From positions 29,060 through 93,059 of the forward strand of contig DATBXX010000008.1 in assembly GCA_036514055.1 (NCBI GenBank): DNA of 64,000 nt. Direction: 5' to 3'. The stretch is from Candidatus Acidiferrales bacterium (GTDB taxonomy: Bacteria > Acidobacteriota > Terriglobia > Acidiferrales > UBA7541). The notes under the pieces were generated by a model. The model searched no databases. It saw only the letters and a program-made list of their open reading frames with translations, and was not told where the DNA came from. Shown piece after piece: positions 19,068-27,472 of the stretch. Every line of letters begins with the position of its first letter. Position 1 is the first letter of the stretch. The position numbers were made by a program, and so were the translations under genes.

Positions 19068-19097
19068 AAAAAAGGGAACCGATCAAGGTTCCCTTTT
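19068..19097 (-). terminator. Rho-independent terminator (bidirectional hairpin)
   Basis: GGGAACC-GATCAA-GGTTCCC, flanked by an A-run and a T-run. It lies about 55 nt downstream of the response-regulator stop. Confidence 0.7.
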
Positions 19098-19149
19098 GCC
19101 TGTCTGCCATCTCTGTTCCCGCCGCGTCGGCAGGTGGTTGAAGCGCAGT

Positions 19150-20118
19150 TTATCCTACGGGTTGCGGGGCCACCACATTTCGTTGCACTCTCGGGAACGC
19201 AACTTTGGTGAACCAGAACTCATTGAGGCTTTTGACCAGCCTCTCGAACTCCCCTAATTCCGCCGGTTTGGTGAGATAGCAACTCGCCATGAGTTGATAG
19301 CTTTGAGTGATGTCACTTTCCGAGTTGGATGTGGTCAGGACAACTATCGGGATTACGCTAAGTCGGGGGTCCATCTTTAGCTGGGCCAGAACTTCAAGTC
19401 CATCTAATTTGGGCATCCGCAGGTCGAGCAGGATAAGCTGCGGGCGAGGTGCGTCCAGATACTTTCCTTGGTATTTCAGAAACGCCATAGCCTCAAGCCC
19501 ATCAGTCACCACATGAAGGTGCACAGTCTTATTGATCCCAGACAAAACTTCCCGCATCAAACGGGCGTCACCTTCATTGTCATCCACTAGCAGTATATCC
19601 ATGGACCTTGCTGAGAAATCTGGCACAGCTTCGTTCGCTTCTGTCCGCCATTTGAATGGAGGTAGTAAATCGATGGCTGCCGTCCCCTTCTCGTCATAGC
19701 GAGGCAACTCAACCTTTGTCAGCCAGAAGTCATTGATGGTCGTCATCAGCGTCTCATAGTCGTCCAAGTTCACGGGCTTGACGAGAAAGCAGTTCGCCTG
19801 TAGCCCGTAGCTATTTGCAACATCCAGCCCTTCTTTTGATGTACTCAGGATAAAAATAGGCGTCGTTCTCAGGCTCGGATCGGCCTTAATCTGGGCCAGA
19901 ACTTCGCGGCCGTCCATTTTGGGAAGGTTGAGATCCAGCAAGATAAAATCCGGGCGGGGAGCATCAGAGAACGCTCCGTGATGCCTCAAAAACGCCATAG
20001 CCTCCGAGCCGTCGTTTGCGACGTGCAGTTGAACCGACGGATTAACCTTGCGGAATGCTTCCTGTGTCAGCCGAACGTCGCCGGGATTATCTTCGACCAG
20101 AAGAACGTGTATGGCCAC
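19150..20118 (-). CDS. Tandem-receiver (REC-REC) response regulator with no output domain
   Basis: Two Rcp1/CheY-like receiver domains: VLLVEDNPGDVRL...FILLDLNLPKMDGREVL...FLVKP and ILLVDDNEGDARL...LILLDLRMPKLDGLEVL...YLTKP. GTG start with GGAGAA 8 nt upstream. Confidence 0.85.
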   Translation of the reverse strand: MAIHVLLVEDNPGDVRLTQEAFRKVNPSVQLHVANDGSEAMAFLRHHGAFSDAPRPDFILLDLNLPKMDGREVLAQIKADPSLRTTPIFILSTSKEGLDVANSYGLQANCFLVKPVNLDDYETLMTTINDFWLTKVELPRYDEKGTAAIDLLPPFKWRTEANEAVPDFSARSMDILLVDDNEGDARLMREVLSGINKTVHLHVVTDGLEAMAFLKYQGKYLDAPRPQLILLDLRMPKLDGLEVLAQLKMDPRLSVIPIVVLTTSNSESDITQSYQLMASCYLTKPAELGEFERLVKSLNEFWFTKVAFPRVQRNVVAPQPVG

Positions 20119-20387
20119 CTTATATTCTCCAGCTGACCTTATAGGAGGGTCGGCGGTGACACCGTTTCGGAAGGGACCTCCAGTGTGACGCGCTCACCAG
20201 CAAATTCAAGCATGGCATATGAAATTCATATGAACTGGTTAACATCAACAGGGTTCAATGCGTTGCGTAGATCAGCGAGCCCGCTGTTGGCGAGATTACT
20301 GTAGTTAGGTTCGCCGTCCTTGACTTGCCCGCCCCACCGGTCACAATCAAGGCACTTAATTTGGTCTAGGCCCTCTTGGGAGGACAT

Positions 20388-20627
20388 ATGTCCATTCATA
20401 TCCTCAGTGAACTGATCGGATTCCAAGTTCACCGCGAAATCGGATCCGGTCCGATCTTTCAGCTAAACGAACTAGAATCGCTTCAGGACAAGGCGGAGTT
20501 GCGCGGGCTCTGTGGCAAAGACTTTGAAAAAGTCCTCTATGCTGTTAGGGCACTGCGTCTGGAGCTAGAGAAAGCCAAAACTGTAATCGCTGAGTCGAAA
20601 CTTGAGATTCTGTTTCTTGAAAAATAG
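20388..20627 (+). CDS. Small coiled-coil hypothetical protein (79 aa)
   Basis: ATG preceded by GGGAGG (20378-20383). The C-terminal half is heptad-like (LRLELEKAKTVIAESKLEILFLEK). Confidence 0.5.
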   Translation: MSIHILSELIGFQVHREIGSGPIFQLNELESLQDKAELRGLCGKDFEKVLYAVRALRLELEKAKTVIAESKLEILFLEK

Positions 20628-21095
20628 AAACCCGGTTATCACGGATGCGATGGTGGAGGCAAACTTAGTCCGGATAGCCACGCCCAGGAAATTACTGGCA
20701 TCGTGGCTGGAGAACTGCGCCGAGCCAACGTTGCGTACTTTATAAATCACTTCCAGGGCTTCGCCCCTCCCGCCGCTTGGCCCGCCATTCTCGTTTCCAT
20801 CGCAGAACAGATTTCCAGTGCTCGAATCTTGAGGCTTCTCGCAGTTTATAAACACGACCTTGGGAGTCTTGTGCATACCATTAGTCGATTTTGGCGAAAT
20901 CCAAACCATCTTGCTCCCAGTTGCTTGTTACGAACTGTCCTTCTCCGATCTCGGCGCGTAGCTGTGGCTGGCTCTCCATTCCGGACAAACTCTTGTGTGG
21001 CTGAAGACAAAACGCACCGAAGGACCTGATCGTCACAGGACGATGGCCGGAGTTGGTAATCGCAATCACCGTTAGGCTCCGCCAGGTAAGTGAAC

Positions 21096-21530
21096 ATGAA
21101 TGACAGACAACTGACGTTTCTCGGTATAGAGAAGAGATCGCTGACAAGATTTCCCGAACTATCAGCACGAGTTGAGCAGACATTCGGGTCTTATTACGAT
21201 TTGAAAGCGGAGATTCCGGGAGCCTACCCAATCTTCGAGGGTGTCCTCAAGAAATTAATCTTAGAGCTTCTCAAAACAGAGAAAGCTGACCCACTCTTGC
21301 CGAAACTTTTCGCATTTGTGGAAGAAATGGCGAAGTCGCCTGACTGGGATGTGACCGACCTATTAGGTATCGCGATTCTCGAACCACTAGTCTTTGAGCG
21401 CGAAAGCATTCGGCGGGCTCGGAGATACATGGGAGTAAAAACTAGGACTTCAGCTATCGGAACGGCGCAAGCCAGGGGCTGGGAGGAAAAGCTTCCCGGC
21501 GAAGCGGCGAGCGGAGAAAACGGACACTGA
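21096..21530 (+). CDS. Hypothetical cytoplasmic alpha-helical protein
   Basis: Protein-like composition within an AT-rich block. The layout PGAYPIFEGVLKKLILELLK...LFAFVEEMAKSPDWDVTDLLGIAILEPL reminds me of orphan immunity-type proteins. This is an unverified recollection. Confidence 0.55.
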   Translation: MNDRQLTFLGIEKRSLTRFPELSARVEQTFGSYYDLKAEIPGAYPIFEGVLKKLILELLKTEKADPLLPKLFAFVEEMAKSPDWDVTDLLGIAILEPLVFERESIRRARRYMGVKTRTSAIGTAQARGWEEKLPGEAASGENGH

Positions 21531-21571
21531 GAACAGGGCTCAACGCTGCGCGAGCGAAAAGGGGAAACGAA

Positions 21572-22006
21572 ATGGACATCTATTGCGTGATACTCAGGTC
21601 GCAACCGAATAAGATTATAAAAATGCATAACGTGAATCTTGAAATGGTGTCTGACCCGTTGGAACCTCAAGGGCGCGGGCTGCTGATCTTTACCACCGCC
21701 AACGGAAAAGAAGCGGGATGCTTCGAAGGAAGAGACGTTTCCGGATATTGGCGCGACGATTACGCGACTGTGGAGGTTCCAAAGCCGAATAAACGGTCTA
21801 CAAGAGGACTCCTTGCGGCAGCATTGATAAGTTTTCCAGTCTTATTTCTACTCGATTGGACTGGGATATACGGCAGGCACTTCCCTAAGAGTTGGGAGGA
21901 AGCGGTAATAGAGATTGGCATCAACCTAGGATGGACAATAATTCTCACACTCACATATTATTTTGTGATGATGCGTCCGTTCGCGCCCCCCAAACAACAG
22001 ATCTGA
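21572..22006 (+). CDS. Hypothetical membrane protein (two C-terminal TM helices)
   Basis: GGGGA Shine-Dalgarno about 7 nt upstream of the ATG. TM segments LLAAALISFPVLFLLDW and INLGWTIILTLTYYFVMM. Confidence 0.55.
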   Translation: MDIYCVILRSQPNKIIKMHNVNLEMVSDPLEPQGRGLLIFTTANGKEAGCFEGRDVSGYWRDDYATVEVPKPNKRSTRGLLAAALISFPVLFLLDWTGIYGRHFPKSWEEAVIEIGINLGWTIILTLTYYFVMMRPFAPPKQQI

Positions 22007-22609
22007 TCGCCTTCGGGAACCAAATGCGCGGGCTGGTTTACCCGCTGACATACGGTGGCGACGGCAAGCCAAGAGTTAGCGCGTTCTCGATTCAACTCCG
22101 GGAAGCCAGAGCGGAGTGGCGTAGGCGAAACCCGAAGGAACCTACCAGGTGGACGCGAAGCGTCACCGAGTATTCTATCTAAACCGACTTGATCCCACGA
22201 ACGTACAACCAACCCCAGCCACTGCACTGGTCGCACTGCGCCAACTCTTTCCTTCCGGTGGCCGCGCAACTCGGGCACTCCGTCCAATCCCCGTCAGTCA
22301 TTGCGCTTTGATAGGTTCCGCTTCACGTTTTTCCCGTGGCGAGATGGCGGCCACACCTGTGGCCGATCCTAGTCTCGGAACGGTACGGAGTTGTGCAGTT
22401 ATTGCAGACGGCCACTGGTATAGGTTCTTTGTCCATCGCTGGCCTAGTCTAGCTGTTCGTGCGGCATCGGCGACACCGAACGCTGCTGTCAGCCGAAATA
22501 GTCTAATTCCCCACCAGAGGATCCCATACGATCAACATACGATATAAACAGGGCCGTCACCCTCGCGGCTCTGCGGATCTCAGAATACTCAATATTTATA
22601 GGGTAAATA

Positions 22610-22686
22610 TGGTGCGCCCGCGGTGATTCGAACACCGGACCTTCTGGTTCGTAGCCAGACGCTCTATCCAGCTGAGCTACGGGCGC
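22610..22686 (-). tRNA. tRNA-Arg (anticodon ACG)
   Basis: The reverse complement reads GCGCCCGTAGCTCAGCTGGATAGAGCGTCTGGCTACGAACCAGAAGGTCCGGTGTTCGAATCACCGCGGGCGCACCA. It is 77 nt, folds as a cloverleaf, has an encoded CCA end, and is close to E. coli tRNA-Arg(ACG). Confidence 0.95.
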
Positions 22687-22889
22687 ACTCGGAGCGCACA
22701 GTTTATGGCTTTTGGATCAACCTTGGCAACGGCCAATTGAGGGGCTTGACTTCGATCGCGGCCGATTTGGCCATCATTTAAGCTTGACTTGCCGGACTGA
22801 CAGATCGCCGGCCAGGGACGATCACTTCGCGCCTGGTCGAACCAGCAACGTGCGGGGAGTGGCCGACGGTCGGTGACAGGCCCTTGCGA

Positions 22890-24335
22890 TTACCGCGTGG
22901 GTACCTTGATGGGAGAACCGGGATAATAGACAATTACATACAAATCGTTCGCCAAGAGATTGGTTCCTTCGAATCCGTTTCCAAAAGAAAAATTCCACTC
23001 AAACCCATCGGCGGGCCCCGCAGTCTGGCAAGGCGATATGGCGGTTTCCGCTTCGCATGCCCAGTAAAGATAAGGCTGAATATCGTGGAAGGGACCGACC
23101 TTGACAGCTGGGACTGCGACCACGGATTCGCCTCGGCTGAGCCCAAATCGTCTGTAGAACAACTCCCCCATCGGGCTTGCCGTACAGTCGTAGCCGGTCA
23201 TCCCTTTCGCACCGATGCTACAGGAAGGATCGGGCAGCACAGTCTCGGGCAACTGCCAGTTCGTTTGAGCGAGGTACCCGCGGCCTTGATCGGCTTTGTT
23301 CATGGCGGCAACCCACTGCACCGCCGTCGCGTGCTCCATCGATCCATCCGGGTTGATATCTGCAACACCGAATGTTTGCTCGGCCGCAAGATTGGCGTCC
23401 GCGAGCCAAGTGATATTCACAATCGGGTCATAGACGGTTTGTCCGCCGGGGTTGATTTCCAGTCCTGTGCCGCTAGCCGGCGGCGTGCCGGGCAGCTTGC
23501 CTTTGATCATCGCTAGAGCATAGAGATGGTTCAAGGGTACGTTGGCCCCCTGAAACCCGGTGTTAAAGGAAAAGCTCACAAATCCCTGCTTCGGATCAGC
23601 GGCCGCAGATCCTGACCAATACAAATAGGGTTGGAAATTCTTGAATGATCCTACGGTATTGGCGGGGATGGGGACCGCAGTGTCCGGCTCGCGAAGACCC
23701 AACGAACCGTAATACAAAGATCCCAGAGCACTGCCCGAACAGTGGAACCCGAACGATTCGCCGTGCCGTCCCGTATGCGCGCAGCTGCTGTCTTCGGCCG
23801 GCGCGGTCGGAAGCTGCCAGTTATTGTGACCGAGGTAGCCGACCCCGTGGTCCAGCATGTTCATGGCATCGACCCATCGGAGCGCCGTCGCATAATCCAT
23901 CGAGCCATCCTTGTTGATGTTTGAAATTCCGAATGTTTGCGTACCAGCCAGATTGGCGTCGGCGAGCCAGGTGACGCTCAGATTGGGATCGTAGACCGTT
24001 TGACCGTCCGCAGCAGGAACCAACGCTGCGTTCGCTTGCGCCGCGGCGGGGGCTGAGTTGTTCGCCGCTCGACAAGCGTTCACCAGTTGCGGGCTTATGA
24101 CCGGCAAGGGTCTCGTTGCTGCCTTAGGCCGCGGTGTCCCTTGCACGATCGGGTTGAAACAGTCCAGAAGGAGCCCGTCGCGAGCCCCGCCGCCTAGAAC
24201 GAAGCCGGCATTCTCGCATGCCTTTCGGATCTGCTCACACGACGCGCGATCGGCTCGGACCGGTCTGGTGGTGCAGACCAGGTATAGCCCAAGGATGATC
24301 GAAACGTGAATGAAAGCAGATCGGCCGAACTGCAC
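22890..24335 (-). CDS. Secreted protein with two DUF1566 (Lcl C-terminal-like) domains
   Basis: Two repeated modules: GQTVYDP..[VI]TWLADANLA..QTFG...DGSM....A..WV.AMN......GYL...NWQLP. Start moved to the GTG at 24335, which gives the signal peptide MQFGRSAFIHVSIILGLYLVCTTRPVRA. Confidence 0.75.
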   Translation of the reverse strand: MQFGRSAFIHVSIILGLYLVCTTRPVRADRASCEQIRKACENAGFVLGGGARDGLLLDCFNPIVQGTPRPKAATRPLPVISPQLVNACRAANNSAPAAAQANAALVPAADGQTVYDPNLSVTWLADANLAGTQTFGISNINKDGSMDYATALRWVDAMNMLDHGVGYLGHNNWQLPTAPAEDSSCAHTGRHGESFGFHCSGSALGSLYYGSLGLREPDTAVPIPANTVGSFKNFQPYLYWSGSAAADPKQGFVSFSFNTGFQGANVPLNHLYALAMIKGKLPGTPPASGTGLEINPGGQTVYDPIVNITWLADANLAAEQTFGVADINPDGSMEHATAVQWVAAMNKADQGRGYLAQTNWQLPETVLPDPSCSIGAKGMTGYDCTASPMGELFYRRFGLSRGESVVAVPAVKVGPFHDIQPYLYWACEAETAISPCQTAGPADGFEWNFSFGNGFEGTNLLANDLYVIVYYPGSPIKVPTR

Positions 24336-25222
24336 GGAACTCTCCCGAGCTCGCAGGCACCGGCAAGGACGATACCTTAATTCTCGCAACTTTCAACTGA
24401 ACATTCTCCCGAATGAGCTAACAGCTGCACGCTGCGCGAGCACTCACAGGCTGTGCCCAATTTCTCGCCGATCGCGACCTTACTGATGGTCCCTTCGTTA
24501 TCGAGCTGCTGGAATGTCCTGCTGAGTTCATTGCGGAGTTAAAAGCGGGTCGACGAACTCTGGGTCGTGCCCACGAATGTTCGAGGCGCGAGCTGCGGAT
24601 CAGGCTAGCGATTCGCCAGCCCGCCCGATTGACCAGCGGAGACGGAAGCAGAGGCCTGGGGTGCACGCGGAGCCGCGGCTACAGCGATTGCATAAAGAAA
24701 AACCACCGTGGCTAAGGTCAGAAAAACTTTCCTCATATCGCACCCCAAGCATCAAGGCAGCTCGAACTCCGACAACAAGCACGATTCGTTCCATACCATC
24801 CGGCTTTATGTCGTTTCAGGTCAGCGATTTCGAATACGCCCTCCCCATCCGCCCTTGCATAAATTTCCGGCGATTGAAGAATTTGCTCTGCCACCCACTG
24901 CAGCTTCCAAAATGAAGTCTGAACATATCCGTAATCGAGCAGCCCCGGCATCCCTGATTTTCTGTAATTTAATACGAAGGATCCCTTAAGGGCGACTGTG
25001 GCAAACTTGACCGAGTCAAGCGCCTCCGGTAGTATCGTTTTAATGGATCGATACGCGCGTGCGGTACTTCATAGGACGGCTTGTTGTCCGGGCAGAGCTG
25101 CGACGGGAGCTTGATCCGAATCGTCTAATCACCATCGAATTTTCGGATTTTAGGAGCCCGCTCGCCGGCGCGAAGCCTGCTGGGCGGGATTTTTGTTTGC
25201 GCTTTCTCTGTACAGGGGATCC

Positions 25223-26041
25223 ATGGACAACGATCTGGTGACGACGCGATCAGCTCCAGGTAGGGTGTATCTGGTCGGCGCCGGACCCGGCGATCCCGAG
25301 CTGCTGACCGTAAAGGCACAGCGCCTGCTTGCGCACGCCGATGTGATTCTGCACGACGACCTCGTACCGGCAGAAATCCTCGCACTTGCCGGACCCCAAG
25401 CCAATATTGTCAGCGTCGGTAAGCGCTATGGCGCGCATGGAGCAACCCAGTCGGAAATCAACGCGCGCATGATTGAATCCGTTCGCCTAGGCCTCGAAGT
25501 GGTTCGCCTTAAAGGCGGCGACCCTGGCATCTTCGGGCGCCTGGCAGAGGAAATTGACGCGCTTGAGGCTGCTGGCGTGCCCTTTGAAGTCGTTCCGGGA
25601 ATCACCGCCGGTATTGCCGCCGCCGCGTCTCTGGGGGTCTCTCTCACCGATCGGCGGAAAGCAACGCGGATTGTGGTGATCACCAACCACCAAGCGCGCG
25701 CGAAACCCGGCGCCGCGAGCACCGATTGGCGGGGCCTGATTCGTGACGATTCAACGTTGCTGATCTACATGCCCGGCCGCGATTTCTCCAGTTTGCGCGA
25801 TGAACTTCTCGCGGCGGGCTGTGCGACCGATATGCCTGCTGCGATTGTGTCGCGAGCCAGCGTGCCGGGTCAGCGGCATCGGTTCACGATTGTCGGTGAG
25901 CTCGACAAGCTTCCACGGATGGATTCTCCCGCCGTTCTCCTGATTGGTGCATCGCTTGGTCGCGCCCATCGGCGCGCGAAAGCTGGCGACAGCGCCGTAC
26001 TTGGCCTTGATGAGGCGGAATTGATCCTCTCCTCGCTCTGA
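25223..26041 (+). CDS. cobA: Uroporphyrinogen-III C-methyltransferase
   Basis: VYLVGAGPGDPELLTVKAQRLLAHADVILHDDLV and GGDPGIFGR are tetrapyrrole methylase motifs. AGGGGA Shine-Dalgarno before the ATG at 25223. Confidence 0.85.
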   Translation: MDNDLVTTRSAPGRVYLVGAGPGDPELLTVKAQRLLAHADVILHDDLVPAEILALAGPQANIVSVGKRYGAHGATQSEINARMIESVRLGLEVVRLKGGDPGIFGRLAEEIDALEAAGVPFEVVPGITAGIAAAASLGVSLTDRRKATRIVVITNHQARAKPGAASTDWRGLIRDDSTLLIYMPGRDFSSLRDELLAAGCATDMPAAIVSRASVPGQRHRFTIVGELDKLPRMDSPAVLLIGASLGRAHRRAKAGDSAVLGLDEAELILSSL

Positions 26042-26091
26042 CGTTTGGATTTCCGCGAAACGAAAAACCCACGCTTCGTGCTAGATTCGAC

Positions 26092-27411
26092 ATGAATTCG
26101 CCGTGGATCGCCGTTCGTCGGAGGCCTTCTGCCGAGATGCTTGACCGCAAACGATCGGCTGTGGACTGGATCGACGCCGTATGGCTGCTGTTCATCGCTG
26201 GATTGGCGTTTCTGCCCCCCATCAATGAGGTCCACAAACAGCTGATTTTGATTGCCTTCGCCTTGTTTCAGCTTTTCGAAGGCAAGCTGGTCGCGCGCCT
26301 TCCCCACGAGGGGCCGACCATCAGCGTGGGAATCAAGATCGTTCTTGCGACTCTGCTGCTGGACCACACCGGCGAGATGGGAATCAACAGCCCTTATTAT
26401 CCGATTTACTATTTGCCGGTAATCACGGCGGCCATCTACTACGGTCCCATCGGCACGCTGCTATGGAGTTCGGTTGCGTCGCTTGCCTACTGTTCGTTCC
26501 TGATCTCCGCACTGGAGGAGTACGAGTTGACGCCGGAGGCGGAAGGCTTGCTGGCGCTCCGTATTCTTTTCTTCTTCCTCGTCGCAATTCTGGTGAACCG
26601 CTTCGTGGTGGAAAATCGCCGCCAGGTCGCGCGATACCAGGCACTTTCGCAGACACTGGAGGAGACCAATCGCCAGCTGCAACGCGCCGAAGCCGACGCC
26701 CGCCGCTCCGAACGACTCGCTGCACTTGGCCAGATGTCGGCCGGCTTGGCTCACGAAATCCGCAATCCCCTGGGCGTAATCAAGGGTTCGGCCGAAATGC
26801 TCGTGCAGAAATTAAAGGACGCCAAGCCACTTGAAAGCGAGCTTGCCGGCTACATTTTCTCTGAAGTCAATCGCCTGAATGCTCTGGTAGCGCGATTCCT
26901 GGATTTCGCGCGCCCGTCAAACCTTGAATTGCGCCCGCTTCAGATCGCAAACGTTCTGGACCGCGCGCTTGACTCGGTGCAAGCACAGTCGCCGGAGTCA
27001 AAGGTCCGCATCGAGCGTCACTACGCCCCAGGGTTACCGAATATCCAGGTGGACGAACAGCTGTGCGAAAGCGTCTTCGTGAATCTAATTCACAACGCCT
27101 ACCAGGCGATGGAGGCCGCCCATGCGGCTGGGGAGACCCGCGAACGTGTCCTGCGACTGGGGATCGCGCCGGAATCTTCCAGTGGCAGGGCCGGCCTCGT
27201 CATCACCGTGGAAGATACCGGCCCGGGTGTTCCCGCCGAATTGAGGGAGCAGATCTTCAATCCATTCTATACCTCGAAAAAAGACGGTGTCGGCCTGGGA
27301 CTGGCAATCGTCGCTAAAATCGTGGACGGCCATCGCGGCTGGATAAAGCTTGACGACCACTCTCCACACGGCGCCCGTTTTCGCGTATTTCTCCCGAGCT
27401 CGCCGGCATGA
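26092..27411 (+). CDS. Sensor histidine kinase with a membrane-embedded (multi-TM) input region
   Basis: About 180 aa of TM helices, then a coiled coil, the H-box GLAHEIRNPLG, and HATPase motifs (NLIHNAYQA, DTGPGV, GVGLGLAIV). Confidence 0.9.
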   Translation: MNSPWIAVRRRPSAEMLDRKRSAVDWIDAVWLLFIAGLAFLPPINEVHKQLILIAFALFQLFEGKLVARLPHEGPTISVGIKIVLATLLLDHTGEMGINSPYYPIYYLPVITAAIYYGPIGTLLWSSVASLAYCSFLISALEEYELTPEAEGLLALRILFFFLVAILVNRFVVENRRQVARYQALSQTLEETNRQLQRAEADARRSERLAALGQMSAGLAHEIRNPLGVIKGSAEMLVQKLKDAKPLESELAGYIFSEVNRLNALVARFLDFARPSNLELRPLQIANVLDRALDSVQAQSPESKVRIERHYAPGLPNIQVDEQLCESVFVNLIHNAYQAMEAAHAAGETRERVLRLGIAPESSSGRAGLVITVEDTGPGVPAELREQIFNPFYTSKKDGVGLGLAIVAKIVDGHRGWIKLDDHSPHGARFRVFLPSSPA

Positions 27412-27472
27412 ACAAACCCAACATAAATCGCGAAACCGCGCCGCTTCGTCCGGCATAGAATAGACCGCCCGT

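Larger units (their letters stand above)
18489..22686. mobile_element. Putative degraded tRNA-Arg-associated genomic island (no integrase present)
   Basis: Bounded by tRNA-Arg and a same-orientation fragment of its 3' end. The interior is mosaic, with decayed genes and an AT-rich cargo block. Confidence 0.45.

Noticed and set aside
20703-21029. A plus-strand 108-aa ORF in the island, and the minus-strand ORF 20846-21097.
   Set aside because: The translations are Arg/Leu/Ser-rich and not protein-like, and there is no Shine-Dalgarno. They overlap the more plausible, though possibly frameshifted, minus-strand frames.
25000-25222. Possible cobalamin riboswitch upstream of cobA.
   Set aside because: I could not find a B12-box-like element (AGYCMGGAGACCKGCC type) or the conserved core. 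Only a generic hairpin plus T-run is present. An Rfam scan is needed for certainty.
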